Shown here piece after piece: positions 19,965-29,620 of a stretch of 38,276 nt of DNA. The stretch's first letter is position 1. Every line of letters begins with the position of its first letter. The notes below the pieces were generated by a model. That model had not been told where the DNA came from, ran no database searches, and saw only the letters and a list, made by a program, of their open reading frames with translations. The stretch lies in assembly GCA_003235785.1 (NCBI GenBank), contig QJYE01000022.1, positions 1 to 38,276 of the forward strand, in the 5' to 3' direction. The DNA is from Nitrospirota bacterium. Lineage in GTDB: Bacteria; Nitrospirota; Nitrospiria; Nitrospirales; UBA8639. The translations under genes and the position numbers were made by a program.

Positions 19965-20201
19965 GTGAGCGTTGAAAACATGGAAAAGTTGGAACTTCGT
20001 GTTCGGAAGTTGCTCGATTTAGTTGTCGAATTGCGTCAAGATAAGTCACAACTGGAACAGGAGCTTGCATCCACTCGCGAGCATTTAGCCAAACAGCAAG
20101 AAATGTCTGAAGGTTGGGAAGACGAGCGGGGCACGATTCGTTCAAAAATTGAAAAAGTGCTCGGCGAGCTTGAATTTTTGGATCGTTCAAACGATCATTA
20201 A
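19965..20201 (+). CDS. zapB: ZapB-like coiled-coil cell division protein
   Basis: GTG start after a strong SD; heptad pattern MEKLELRVRKLLDLVVELRQDKSQLEQEL; directly upstream of zapA. Confidence 0.7.
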   Translation: MSVENMEKLELRVRKLLDLVVELRQDKSQLEQELASTREHLAKQQEMSEGWEDERGTIRSKIEKVLGELEFLDRSNDH

Positions 20202-20211
20202 ACGGATTGGA

Positions 20212-20508
20212 ATGATGACAAAGACTATTGAGGTCGAAGTCTTTGGTCACCGGTTTTCCTTGCAGGGTGAGGGCGATGAGGCCTACTTTCATGAGTTGGC
20301 TGATTATGTCGACAGGCAAATGCGGACTCTTGCCAAGCAAGCCAAGACGAGTACTTCGACTAAGCTGGCTATTTTAGTAGCTATTAATGTCACCGATCAG
20401 CTCTTTCGCCAACAACGGCATCGTGAGTCGGGAGAAATTGAAATGGACCGCCGGGCCCAACTCCTATTGGAAAGGATTGATGAGCATTTAGAATCCCCTC
20501 CTCGCTAA
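20212..20508 (+). CDS. zapA: Cell division protein ZapA
   Basis: IEVEVFGHRFSL..ELADYVDRQM..KLAILVAINV; usual position before rny. Confidence 0.9.
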   Translation: MMTKTIEVEVFGHRFSLQGEGDEAYFHELADYVDRQMRTLAKQAKTSTSTKLAILVAINVTDQLFRQQRHRESGEIEMDRRAQLLLERIDEHLESPPR

Positions 20509-21235
20509 GCATTCATAAGACTTTCTCCTCTTCATCTCCGTGTTCATAGAATTTCCTTTTAAAACAGATGGTTAAGTTGCGTTACCTGTGTGGGCAGGAT
20601 TTGATGCTGTCACGCCTGTGGTGATGCGTATGGACCTATGATTGAAATGGAGGGAAGTGTTCTGATATTTTATTGTCCAACTAAATCATTGAATTCCAAA
20701 GAATGAAAGGAATATTCCCTTTGCAGGGGAAAGACACTGGAGGCCCACAATGACTAGATTATGGTTCGTCATAGTGGGTTGTTTGGGAATTGGGATTGAG
20801 CGATGTTGGAAACGATTATGTGAGGGTCAAGGGTATTCTTGGACATTATGGTTCCTACGGCCTCTAGAGGCCCTATCCAAGGAGAATAGTTGGTCATTCG
20901 ATTTGAAGCATTTAGTGGGATGGTGTGTCATCGATCTAGTACCTTCTCTCTTCTCTGTACACCACCAGTGGTGGTTACAAGCTGAATGTCTTTCAAGAAG
21001 CGTGAAGACCCTGATGAATTTTCAAGCTTTTCCACTCGTTCTTCTTCCTGTTTCTTCTAGCCGTTCTCTACCTTATCCCAGGTAAATAGGCTTTCTCCTC
21101 CAGTCTTTCCTGATTCTTTTCCTCTGGCTCAAGGGTTTTTATGTTTTGTGTGCGGCAACGTTGGTTTCTCATGAGCTGTTCAGGAAGAAGTTTTTCTAAT
21201 CATGAGTACACAAGGAAACGAATAGGAGACAATCG

Positions 21236-22798
21236 ATGGAAATGGTCATTCCTATACTGGCAGGTTTGATTGGGCTGGGACTTGGGTTCGTCTTGTCCAA
21301 AGTGCTTCAACAGCATCTGGACGGTCAGCGGCGCTCCGAGGCTGAGGTTCAATTGCAGCAGCTTACCCAGAATGCCCAACGGGAAGCGGAGAATATGCTC
21401 AAGGAAGCGAAGATTGAAGCGAAGGATCTGTTATTTCAGGCGAAATCTGAGCTGGAAGCCAAAGAAAAAGAAAAACGAAATGAAATTCAAGCCGCTGATC
21501 GAAAGCTTCATCAGCGAGAGGAAGCTTTTGAACGCAAGGTCGCTCAGTTTGATAAACGCGATGAAGAGCTACGGCGACAGGAGCAGGCATTCAAAAAACA
21601 GGAGGAGGCCCTAGCCAAGCAGACAGCTGCTTGTGAACAGGCCATTAAGGAACATCGTGTCGCGTTGGAGCAGGTGGCAGGGATTACGGCCGATGAAGCC
21701 AAGCGGCAATTATTGAGCGAAATTGAGACCGAGGCCAGGCTGGATTCGTCCCTCTTGACCAAGCGGATTTTAGATGAAGCCAAAGAAACGGCAGATCGAG
21801 ATGCCCGAGAAATTGTCACCCGGTCTATTCAACGAATTACCCGAGATTATGTCAATGAGGCCACCATTTCTGTCGTTCCCCTGGCCAATGACGGGATGAA
21901 GGGACGAATTATTGGTCGGGAAGGAAGAAATATTCGTGCCTTGGAAGCTGCGACTGGCGTGGACTTGATCATTGATGAAACGCCGGAAGCGGTGATCGTG
22001 TCAGGATTTGATCCTCTGCGTCGGGAGGTCGCCAAAATTGCCTTGGAACGTTTGATGCAGGATGGCCGTATTCATCCGACGAGGATTGAAGAAGTGGTGG
22101 AAAAGGTTAAAGGGGATTTGGATAAACTCATGCGGGATGAGGCGGAGAAAGTCATTTTCGAAGTCGGACTTTCAGATTTTCATCCAGAAATTGTCAAATT
22201 GTTGGGGCGACTGAAATACCGGACCAGCTATGGGCAAAATAATCTATACCATGCTCGAGAAGCGGCCTATATTTGTGGAATTATGGCATCGGAGCTGGGC
22301 TTGGATGTGAAGCTGTCGAAGCGTGGGGCGTTGCTCCATGATATCGGGAAAGTCGTCAGTCATGAGGAGGAAGGCACGCATGCCATGCTTGGAGCGGAAA
22401 TGGCCAAGAAGTATGGTGAGTCTGAACTCATTGTTAATGCCATTGCGGCCCATCATGAGCAAGTTGAGCCCTTATGTCCAGAAGCCGTCTTGGTCGCGGC
22501 TGCCGAAGCGCTTTCAGCTGCGCGCCCTGGTGCCAGGCGTGAGACATTGGAAGCCTATGTGAAGCGGTTAGAAAAATTGGAATCGTTGGCGACGGGTTTT
22601 GCCGGTGTTGATAAAGCTTATGCGATTCAGGCAGGACGGGAAGTGCGGGTGATCATTCGACAGGGAGAGTTAAGTGATACTGAAGGGTTTGCCCTGTCAC
22701 GAGATCTAGCAAAAAAAATTGAACAAGAATTGACCTATCCCGGCCAAATCAAGGTCACCGTGATTCGTGAAAATCGATTCATTGAATTTGCCAAGTAG
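21236..22798 (+). CDS. rny: Ribonuclease Y
   Basis: N-terminal TM, coiled coil, KH (KGRIIGREGRNIR), HD (LLHDIGK), YAIQAGRE, YPGQIKVTVIRE. Confidence 0.97.
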   Translation: MEMVIPILAGLIGLGLGFVLSKVLQQHLDGQRRSEAEVQLQQLTQNAQREAENMLKEAKIEAKDLLFQAKSELEAKEKEKRNEIQAADRKLHQREEAFERKVAQFDKRDEELRRQEQAFKKQEEALAKQTAACEQAIKEHRVALEQVAGITADEAKRQLLSEIETEARLDSSLLTKRILDEAKETADRDAREIVTRSIQRITRDYVNEATISVVPLANDGMKGRIIGREGRNIRALEAATGVDLIIDETPEAVIVSGFDPLRREVAKIALERLMQDGRIHPTRIEEVVEKVKGDLDKLMRDEAEKVIFEVGLSDFHPEIVKLLGRLKYRTSYGQNNLYHAREAAYICGIMASELGLDVKLSKRGALLHDIGKVVSHEEEGTHAMLGAEMAKKYGESELIVNAIAAHHEQVEPLCPEAVLVAAAEALSAARPGARRETLEAYVKRLEKLESLATGFAGVDKAYAIQAGREVRVIIRQGELSDTEGFALSRDLAKKIEQELTYPGQIKVTVIRENRFIEFAK

Positions 22799-22825
22799 TC
22801 TGTAAGGAGCTGAAAGCCACAAGAT

Positions 22826-23605
22826 ATGAATCTTTTGTTTATCGGGGACATTATGGGTGAGCCCGGTCGGCGAGTGTTGTTAAAACACCTCTCGAAGACT
22901 ATTCGAGAGCATCATATTGATGTGGTGGTCGGAAATGGAGAAAACGCTGCCGGGGGATTCGGGATTACCCCGGATATCGCTGAAGAGTTATTTGACCTTG
23001 GCCTTTCGGCCATTACCTTAGGGAATCATGCCTGGGATAAGCGTGAGGCCATGGAGTATTTGGATAAAGAGCCACGGGTGATTCGTCCCGCCAATTATCC
23101 AGACGGTGTTCCGGGAAAAGGGACGTGTGTGATTGAAACGAACCAGGGTGAACGGGTTGGGGTTCTGCAACTCATGGGGCGAGTCTTTATGCCTATGGTG
23201 GATTGCCCCTTTCGTGTCGCTGAAAGAGAATTGGCGCAATTGACGGCCAAGACAGACTACATTTTTGTCGATATGCATGCCGAAACCACCTCAGAAAAAA
23301 TGGCGATGGGCTATTTTTTGGATGGGAAGGTTTCTGCGGTATTGGGGACCCATACCCATGTGCAGACGGCTGATGAGCAAATTTTACCGCAGGGGACCGG
23401 CTATCTGACCGATGTGGGGATGACCGGCCCTGTCAAATCCGTAATCGGCATGAAACCCAATTTGGTCATTCAGAAATTTCTGACGCAGTTGCCACGACGG
23501 TTTGAAGTCGCACCAGGGCCATCTGTGTTATGTGCCGCCGTCGTGCAAATTGATCGTGCCACTCGAAAAACCACTCATATTTCCCGACTGCGACTGTTTG
23601 AGTAA
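22826..23605 (+). CDS. ymdB: YmdB-like (TIGR00282) metallophosphoesterase
   Basis: FIGDIMGEPG, NGENAAGG, GNH, DMHAETTSEK, GTHTHV, TDVGMTG. Confidence 0.93.
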   Translation: MNLLFIGDIMGEPGRRVLLKHLSKTIREHHIDVVVGNGENAAGGFGITPDIAEELFDLGLSAITLGNHAWDKREAMEYLDKEPRVIRPANYPDGVPGKGTCVIETNQGERVGVLQLMGRVFMPMVDCPFRVAERELAQLTAKTDYIFVDMHAETTSEKMAMGYFLDGKVSAVLGTHTHVQTADEQILPQGTGYLTDVGMTGPVKSVIGMKPNLVIQKFLTQLPRRFEVAPGPSVLCAAVVQIDRATRKTTHISRLRLFE

Positions 23606-23614
23606 CGCATTCTC

Positions 23615-24970
23615 GTGCCAGAGCTTTTCCCGCCTTTGCTGACCGTCTCGGAACTCACGAGACATATTCGTTCAAATTTGGAACAGCAATTCCCCTCAGT
23701 GTGGGTGGAAGGGGAAATCTCTAACCTTCGTTGTCCGTCATCCGGACACCATTATTTTACGTTAAAAGATCAAAGTAGCCAGATTCGAGCGGTGATGTTT
23801 CGGAAACAAGCCGAACGGTTGAAGTTTGCCCTTCAAGACGGATTGGAGGTCTTGGTATTTGGGCGTCTGACGGTCTATGAACCTCGTGGCGACTATCAAT
23901 TATTGTTAGAAGGGGTTGAGCCCAAGGGGGTTGGGGAGTTGCAATTGGCTTTCATGCAACTCAAGGCCAAGCTGGAGGCTGAAGGGCTATTCCAAGGATC
24001 CCGGAAGAGGCCGCTGCCAGCATTTCCCGAACGAATTGGAGTGGTGACATCACCCGTGGGGGCTGCTCTTCATGATTTGTTGACCATTCTTTATCGACGA
24101 TGGCCTTTGGCCCAGGTTCTTATTGCTCCAGTAGCCGTTCAGGGTAGAGAGGCGGCGGGGCAAATTGCTGCAGCCATTCAGATGTTCAATCAATCTGGTC
24201 CTCCATTTGGCAAAGTTGATGTATTAATTGTTGGGCGGGGAGGCGGGTCGCTGGAAGATTTATGGGCATTCAATGAGGAGCCCGTCGTGAGGGCCATTGC
24301 CGGATCTCACATTCCCATTGTGTCGGCAGTCGGGCATGAAACCGATGTGACGCTTGCTGATTTGGTGGCTGATTGCCGTGCCCCGACTCCCTCGGCGGCT
24401 GCGGAATTGGTCGCTCCAGATTGCACGAGGGTGAAGGAGCAGGTTCGCCATCATCGTGCCAGATTGGAGCGGTCCTTCAAGGGCATCGTTAGCGCTTTGA
24501 CCGTCCGGGTTCAGCAGATGCGTCAACGAATACCTGAGCCACGGCTTATTATCGGGCATTTCGTTCAACGGGTGGATGAGTTAGAGGGACAGTTGTATCG
24601 AAACATTAAGCACTGGTGTCGAAATATGCAGCTCTTGCTCTTGCAGCATCAATCTGCCATATGGGAAGCCAACCCCCTACGGACTATTCATCAAGAGCAG
24701 GGGAAAATAGCTGAGCTTACTCGATATGTGGTTCAAGGTGCTCAGAATTCTATTTTGCTCAGGCGGCATCAGGTTACAGTATTGATCTCTCAACTGCATC
24801 AATTGAGTCCCCTAGCAGTTTTGGCAAGGGGGTATAGTATTATCACGGACCTTCATGATGGGAAAGTCGTGAGAAAGTCAACAGATACTAAGGTAGGTGG
24901 GGGAGTGCTGGCGACCTTGTCCGACGGTGAACTGGTTTGCCGGGTCGAACAAATTTCTCCACCGAAATAA
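23615..24970 (+). CDS. xseA: Exodeoxyribonuclease VII large subunit
   Basis: VWVEGEISN, HYFTLKD, GRGGGSLEDLWAFN, SAVGHETD, APTPSAAAE, LARGYS. Confidence 0.97.
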   Translation: MPELFPPLLTVSELTRHIRSNLEQQFPSVWVEGEISNLRCPSSGHHYFTLKDQSSQIRAVMFRKQAERLKFALQDGLEVLVFGRLTVYEPRGDYQLLLEGVEPKGVGELQLAFMQLKAKLEAEGLFQGSRKRPLPAFPERIGVVTSPVGAALHDLLTILYRRWPLAQVLIAPVAVQGREAAGQIAAAIQMFNQSGPPFGKVDVLIVGRGGGSLEDLWAFNEEPVVRAIAGSHIPIVSAVGHETDVTLADLVADCRAPTPSAAAELVAPDCTRVKEQVRHHRARLERSFKGIVSALTVRVQQMRQRIPEPRLIIGHFVQRVDELEGQLYRNIKHWCRNMQLLLLQHQSAIWEANPLRTIHQEQGKIAELTRYVVQGAQNSILLRRHQVTVLISQLHQLSPLAVLARGYSIITDLHDGKVVRKSTDTKVGGGVLATLSDGELVCRVEQISPPK

Positions 24971-25044
24971 AGATGTACTTTAGATTCATGGTGAGGGAAG
25001 GCTATAATACGATGGAATTTTTAGCTGAACAATAAGGGAAAACG

Positions 25045-25290
25045 ATGGCAGCGATAAAATTTGAAAAGGCCTTGTCTCGTTTGGAAACAATCGTGACAGA
25101 ATTAGAGGCGGGTGAGCTCTCTTTAGATGATTCATTGAGGATATTTGAAGAAGGGGTCAAGCTGTCCAAGACGTGCTTGAAAATGTTGGATGAGGCTGAG
25201 CGTAAAGTGGAAATTCTTGTGCAAGACAAGGATGGCCGAAAACGCATTCAGGCGTTTTCGTTGGAGGAATCCGATTCCACTGAGTCGTAA
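25045..25290 (+). CDS. xseB: Exodeoxyribonuclease VII small subunit
   Basis: FEKALSRLETIVTELE..LSLDDSLRIFEEG..AERKV. Confidence 0.96.
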   Translation: MAAIKFEKALSRLETIVTELEAGELSLDDSLRIFEEGVKLSKTCLKMLDEAERKVEILVQDKDGRKRIQAFSLEESDSTES

Positions 25291-25349
25291 CCCACGTTCT
25301 CGTTCCTTCCTCTTTCATTCCTGAGGAGAATAGGCTCGGTTTCCACGAC

Positions 25350-26138
25350 ATGTCGTCTCTACAACCTCCTCTCCCAGTCAAAAAATCAGCCAAACAACGA
25401 TTAGATGCCCTGTTGGTCTCTCAGGCACTGGTTCCTAGCCGGGAACAGGCCAGTCGTCTTATCCTGGCGGGCCGGGTCAAGATTGATGGGGTGGTTATGG
25501 ATAAACCAGGGAAACAGGTGTCCTCAGAAGTGATGGCTGAAATTGTCCTGCCTGAGTCTCAATATGCAAGCCGCGGTGGAGAAAAGCTGGCTCCGGCTTT
25601 AGAAGCTTTTGGGCTTTCGTGTTCGGGATGGGTGGTGATGGATGTGGGGGCTTCAACCGGAGGGTTTACCGACTGTGTGTTGCAGCATGGTGCTCAACGA
25701 GTGTATGCCATTGATGTGGGCTATGGACAGCTGGATTGGCGCCTGCGATCAGATTCCCGTGTGATTGTGATGGATCGTGTGAATATTCGATATTTGCGCC
25801 CAGAAGATATTCCAGAGTTGGTCGATTTAATCGTCATTGATGTGTCATTTATTTCTCTGAAGTTGGTTTGGCCTGTGATCATCCCCGTGTTAAAGCCGAA
25901 GGGCTATCTGGTGTCATTGATTAAGCCTCAGTTTGAGGTTGGGAAGGGGCAAGTCGGTAAGGGTGGGATTGTTCGGGATGAAACGTTGCGCCAAGCCGTT
26001 AAAGATCAGTTCGTGGTCTATGCCAATTCATTGTCCTTAGATCTTATCGGCCTCATGGATTCCACCCTATTAGGGAAAAAGGGAAATAAGGAGATTGTCA
26101 TGGGTTTACAGAAGCGAGAAATAGGGGTATCTGGATAA
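25350..26138 (+). CDS. tlyA: TlyA-family rRNA methyltransferase
   Basis: S4 domain (RLDALLV), SRGGEKL, DVGASTGGFTD, DVSFISL, LIKPQFE. Confidence 0.95.
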   Translation: MSSLQPPLPVKKSAKQRLDALLVSQALVPSREQASRLILAGRVKIDGVVMDKPGKQVSSEVMAEIVLPESQYASRGGEKLAPALEAFGLSCSGWVVMDVGASTGGFTDCVLQHGAQRVYAIDVGYGQLDWRLRSDSRVIVMDRVNIRYLRPEDIPELVDLIVIDVSFISLKLVWPVIIPVLKPKGYLVSLIKPQFEVGKGQVGKGGIVRDETLRQAVKDQFVVYANSLSLDLIGLMDSTLLGKKGNKEIVMGLQKREIGVSG

Positions 26139-26191
26139 AGAGGGTCAAGAATGCTCACAAGTGGTTACGTCTGGAAAGGAAATGACACGTC

Positions 26192-27121
26192 ATGGGGATG
26201 AAGGTTCTGGTCACTGGAGGGGCAGGGTTTATTGGATCACATCTCGTAGATCGATTAGTGCAGGAAGGTAACCAGGTCGTTGTGATTGATAATCTTTCGA
26301 CAGGGAAACGCAAGCAAGTCAATAAAAAAGCCGTCTTGTATAAAATGGATATCCGGAGCAAGCGGATTGAGCGAGTCTTCCGAAAAGAACGGCCGGTAGT
26401 GGTGGTTCATTTAGCGGCTCAAATGAATGTCCGTCATTCAACGGAAAATCCTGGATTCGATGCGGACGTGAATATTTTAGGCACCCTGAATCTCATGGAG
26501 CATGCGGTGAAAAGTGGAGTACGAAAGGTCTCCTTTGCGTCTTCGGGTGGAGCCGTCTACGGGGAGCAGGAAGTGTTTCCTGCAGCAGAATCCCATCGCA
26601 CCGAACCCCTTTCTCCTTATGGAATCAGCAAGTTAGCCGGTGAAAAATACTTGGCGTATTATAGCAATACCATGGGTCTGCGATCGGCGGTCCTGCGATT
26701 CGCCAATGTTTATGGTCCAAGGCAAGATTCTGAAGGGGAAGCGGGTGTCGTCGCGATTTTTTCCAAGCAGATGCTGGAAGGTGGGCAGCCGATCATCAAT
26801 GGAACAGGAAAGCAGACGCGGGATTTCGTGTATGTCGATGATGTGGTGGAAGCCCTTTTGGTGACATTAGGAGAAGATGTTCAGGGCATCTTTAATGTTG
26901 GGACGGGTCGGGAAACAACCGTGAATGAATGTTACAGCATCATTAAACAATTGACCAACAGTTCTTGCAAAGATTTATTCGGGGCGGCAAAAAAGGGAGA
27001 ACAGTTTCGTAGTGTGCTGGATGTGACGAGCTTGAGGGAGCGATTCGGCTGGGAGCCTCAAGTGTCGTTGCCGGATGGCCTCAAGATGACCGTGGAGTTT
27101 TTTCAAGCGCAGGGCAAATAA
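26192..27121 (+). CDS. NAD-dependent epimerase/dehydratase (UDP-glucose 4-epimerase-like)
   Basis: TGGAGFIG, SSGGAVYG, YGISK (YxxxK), NVYGPRQ, RDFVYV. Confidence 0.93.
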   Translation: MGMKVLVTGGAGFIGSHLVDRLVQEGNQVVVIDNLSTGKRKQVNKKAVLYKMDIRSKRIERVFRKERPVVVVHLAAQMNVRHSTENPGFDADVNILGTLNLMEHAVKSGVRKVSFASSGGAVYGEQEVFPAAESHRTEPLSPYGISKLAGEKYLAYYSNTMGLRSAVLRFANVYGPRQDSEGEAGVVAIFSKQMLEGGQPIINGTGKQTRDFVYVDDVVEALLVTLGEDVQGIFNVGTGRETTVNECYSIIKQLTNSSCKDLFGAAKKGEQFRSVLDVTSLRERFGWEPQVSLPDGLKMTVEFFQAQGK

Positions 27122-27163
27122 ACAGACCTTTCCAAAAAGGCTATGGGCTGCTCGATTGAAGCG

Positions 27164-27484
27164 CTAATATCGTGGCACTGAAGGGTCAATTTCAATGGAC
27201 CAGGATTCGATTCCCCCAATGAGATTTTTGACATTCGAAAACCCTTGTTGAAGCAAAAAGCCCACCGCATCGGCGCTTCGCATCCCTTTGTGGCAGTAGG
27301 CCACGATTTCGGCGTTTTTGTCCAATTGATTCAGAGAATTGGGAAGTTCGCCCAAGGGAATGAGCACTGACCCTTCTATTTTTGCCATTGAGTACTCATG
27401 AGGTTCTCGCACATCCAAGAGAAACGGGGCATCCCCATTATCTTGGCGAGCTTTTAATTCACGAACGGTGATGGTGTAACCCAT
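27164..27484 (-). CDS. Single-domain rhodanese-like sulfurtransferase
   Basis: LLDVREPHE, active loop YCHKGMRS, NLIGGI; SD AAGGAGG. Confidence 0.92.
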   Translation of the reverse strand: MGYTITVRELKARQDNGDAPFLLDVREPHEYSMAKIEGSVLIPLGELPNSLNQLDKNAEIVAYCHKGMRSADAVGFLLQQGFSNVKNLIGGIESWSIEIDPSVPRY

Positions 27485-27533
27485 ATGCGTATATCCTCCT
27501 TCAATAGTCTAAGTCATTCCATACCCAAGGCTC

Positions 27534-27563
27534 ATCATAGCGACTGATTTTTCTGAGTGTCAA
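27534..27563 (-). promoter_or_regulatory. Sigma70 promoter for the rhodanese gene
   Basis: Minus strand TTGACA-N18-TATGAT. Confidence 0.6.
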
Positions 27564-27596
27564 TTTATTCTTGGTAAAAGCGTAAGGAGCGTCAGC

Positions 27597-28898
27597 ATGC
27601 CTCAGCAACGCGTTGTGTCTATTGGGCAAATTGCTCAATATGAAGGTCAGGACATTACTGTTAAAGGGTGGCTTCGCCTTCGGCGGTCAAGCGGGAAACT
27701 AAGTTTTTTAACGGTTCGCGATGGGACCGGGGATATTCAGGCGATTGTCAGTAAGGCTACGGTGGGGGAAGAGCAATTTGCCCTAGTGGGGCAAGTGACC
27801 CAGGAGTCCTCGGTGATTGTCACTGGACAACCGAGAAAGGATGTTCGGGCGCCTGGTGGTTTTGAATTAGACGTGGAGAACTTTCAAATCGTTCATCTGG
27901 CTGAACCCTTTCCGATTCAACCCAAGGAGCATGGGGTTGGATTTTTGATGGAGCATCGGCATCTCTGGCTGCGGTCGAGCCGGCAACATGCCATCTTACG
28001 CGTTCGCCATGAGATCATCCGAACCTGCCGAAATTTTTTCGATGAGCGAGATTTTACGCTCATTGACACGCCGATTTTTACCCCGAATGCTTGCGAAGGT
28101 ACGACCACACTTTTCCAAACGCAATACTTTGATCAGGTGGCGTATCTCGCGCAAAGCGGGCAACTCTATGGAGAAGCGGCCGCTGCCGCCTTTGGGAAGA
28201 TTTATTGTTTCGGTCCGACCTTTCGTGCAGAAAAATCCAAAACGCGTCGGCATCTCATGGAGTTTTGGATGGTGGAACCCGAAATGGCCTTTGCCGAATT
28301 ACCAGATGCCATGCAACTGGCGGAGGAACTCGTGTCGGTGGTCATTCAACGAGTCTTGGAAAATCGTCGAGCTGAGTTAGAGATTCTCGAACGAGACGTG
28401 GCGGCGTTGGAGGCCATGATTCCACCGTTTCCACGAATCACGTATGAAGAGGCGATTACACGGCTCAAAGAACATGGCGTGGATATTCAATTTGGTGATG
28501 ACTTCGGCAGTGAACAGGAAACCATATTGGCTAAATCTTTTGACCGCCCCGTTCTCGTGCATCGCTATCCGGCGGCGGCCAAAGCTTTTTATATGGCGAG
28601 AGATCCTGAGCGTCCAGACTTAGCCTTGTGTATGGATATGTTAGCCCCTGAAGGGTATGGAGAGATTATCGGCGGGGGACAACGCATTCATAATCTGGAA
28701 ACTCTACGCCAGCAAATTGCCGCGCATGATCTTCCGGAAGAAGCGTTTAAGTGGTATGTGGACTTACGCCGGTATGGGAGTGTGCCCCATGCTGGTTTTG
28801 GGATGGGGATTGAGCGAGTAGTCGCGTGGATTTGTGGGTTAGATCATGTGCGAGAAACGATTCCCTTCCCAAGAATGCTCTACACCCTCTATCCCTAA
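27597..28898 (+). CDS. asnS: Asparagine--tRNA ligase
   Basis: OB fold (KGW..RDGTG), [53 protein letters not shown]. Confidence 0.95.
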   Translation: MPQQRVVSIGQIAQYEGQDITVKGWLRLRRSSGKLSFLTVRDGTGDIQAIVSKATVGEEQFALVGQVTQESSVIVTGQPRKDVRAPGGFELDVENFQIVHLAEPFPIQPKEHGVGFLMEHRHLWLRSSRQHAILRVRHEIIRTCRNFFDERDFTLIDTPIFTPNACEGTTTLFQTQYFDQVAYLAQSGQLYGEAAAAAFGKIYCFGPTFRAEKSKTRRHLMEFWMVEPEMAFAELPDAMQLAEELVSVVIQRVLENRRAELEILERDVAALEAMIPPFPRITYEEAITRLKEHGVDIQFGDDFGSEQETILAKSFDRPVLVHRYPAAAKAFYMARDPERPDLALCMDMLAPEGYGEIIGGGQRIHNLETLRQQIAAHDLPEEAFKWYVDLRRYGSVPHAGFGMGIERVVAWICGLDHVRETIPFPRMLYTLYP

Positions 28899-28964
28899 TT
28901 TGACCGAAAGAGCTTCATCTACGTTAAGGGAGAAATATTTCCCATCCTTATTATTCCCCATGCT

Positions 28965-28993
28965 GTCATTCCCGACATTTTTTATCGGGAATC
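28965..28993. repeat. REP-like palindrome GTCATTCCCGA-N9-TCGGGAATC
   Basis: ATTCCCGA/TCGGGAAT 8-bp stem preceded by GTC; resembles GTCATTCCCG...CGGGAATC dispersed palindromes (dRS3/RPE-like). Confidence 0.65.
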
Positions 28994-29069
28994 TATCTTA
29001 GTTTTGATGATTGATGCTTGATGGCAAAGCGTCTAATATCGACAGATATCAGTGTCGTCGCTCAGCTGG

Positions 29070-29425
29070 TTACCTAACAATGGAATCCATATCATGTTCT
29101 GTGATGCCGGGTTTCGCCCCGGCAGGCGAGTTTTTGCTTAGCGCATCCCGCAGGGTGCAACCTTTGTTGTGAAGGCAAAAGTAGCCAAGCCCAAGTTGAC
29201 TGTGGCGTGCCCCCCCTGCCTCTGCAGGGGCAAGCTCTTCGGGTCCCCCGCGCGGTTCGCCAACTCCTTCGGCCTTGCTCAGGACAGGCCCGGCGGCGCG
29301 CAAACTAGCGGAGCCTCCGGAATTGATGAGCATCGTAGGGGATTCGAAGAGCCACGGCAGGCGACAATGGCTTTGGGTTCTTTTGCCGAAACAAAAGGAC
29401 CTCGGCGTACCTAGGCCAAGCCCTG
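29070..29425. mobile_element. Non-autonomous, GC-rich, nested palindromic (MITE/REP-cassette-like) element
   Basis: Several GC-rich hairpins in an AT-richer gap. Two diverged inverted copies of TTTGTT..GGCAAAAG.A.CCAA..CCA lie at ~29163-29193 and (reverse strand) ~29368-29396. Ends are approximate. Confidence 0.55.
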
Positions 29426-29530
29426 TGAAGTAATTTCAAAGAGAAAAGCCCTAGTAGCTTCTGGGTGGACTGCCAAATAGTATGTCTCTCCATCTTCCTC
29501 CAGGTTTCTAAAACTATATTATTTTGACTC

Positions 29531-29581
29531 TTGACACCTTAGTCTAGAGTTGTATACTGCGGAATGTGGGAAGAAGTGGGA
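29531..29581 (+). promoter_or_regulatory. dcw cluster sigma70 promoter with MraZ-box-like repeats
   Basis: TTGACA-N16-TATACT (29531-29558), then GTGGGA at 29566 and 29576 (10-bp period). Confidence 0.7.
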
Positions 29582-29620
29582 TGAAAAGATCACAAGTATG
29601 GCAAAAATGAAACAAATTGA

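Noticed and set aside
29070-29493. ORFs 29070..29333, 29169..29414 and 29305..29493 as proteins (or as an mraZ remnant)
   Set aside because: They translate palindromic repeat DNA and show no MraZ DxxGR motif or transposase motif.
28899-29530. CRISPR array or tRNA in the asnS-rsmH gap
   Set aside because: No regularly spaced direct repeats, cas genes or cloverleaf with T-loop and CCA.
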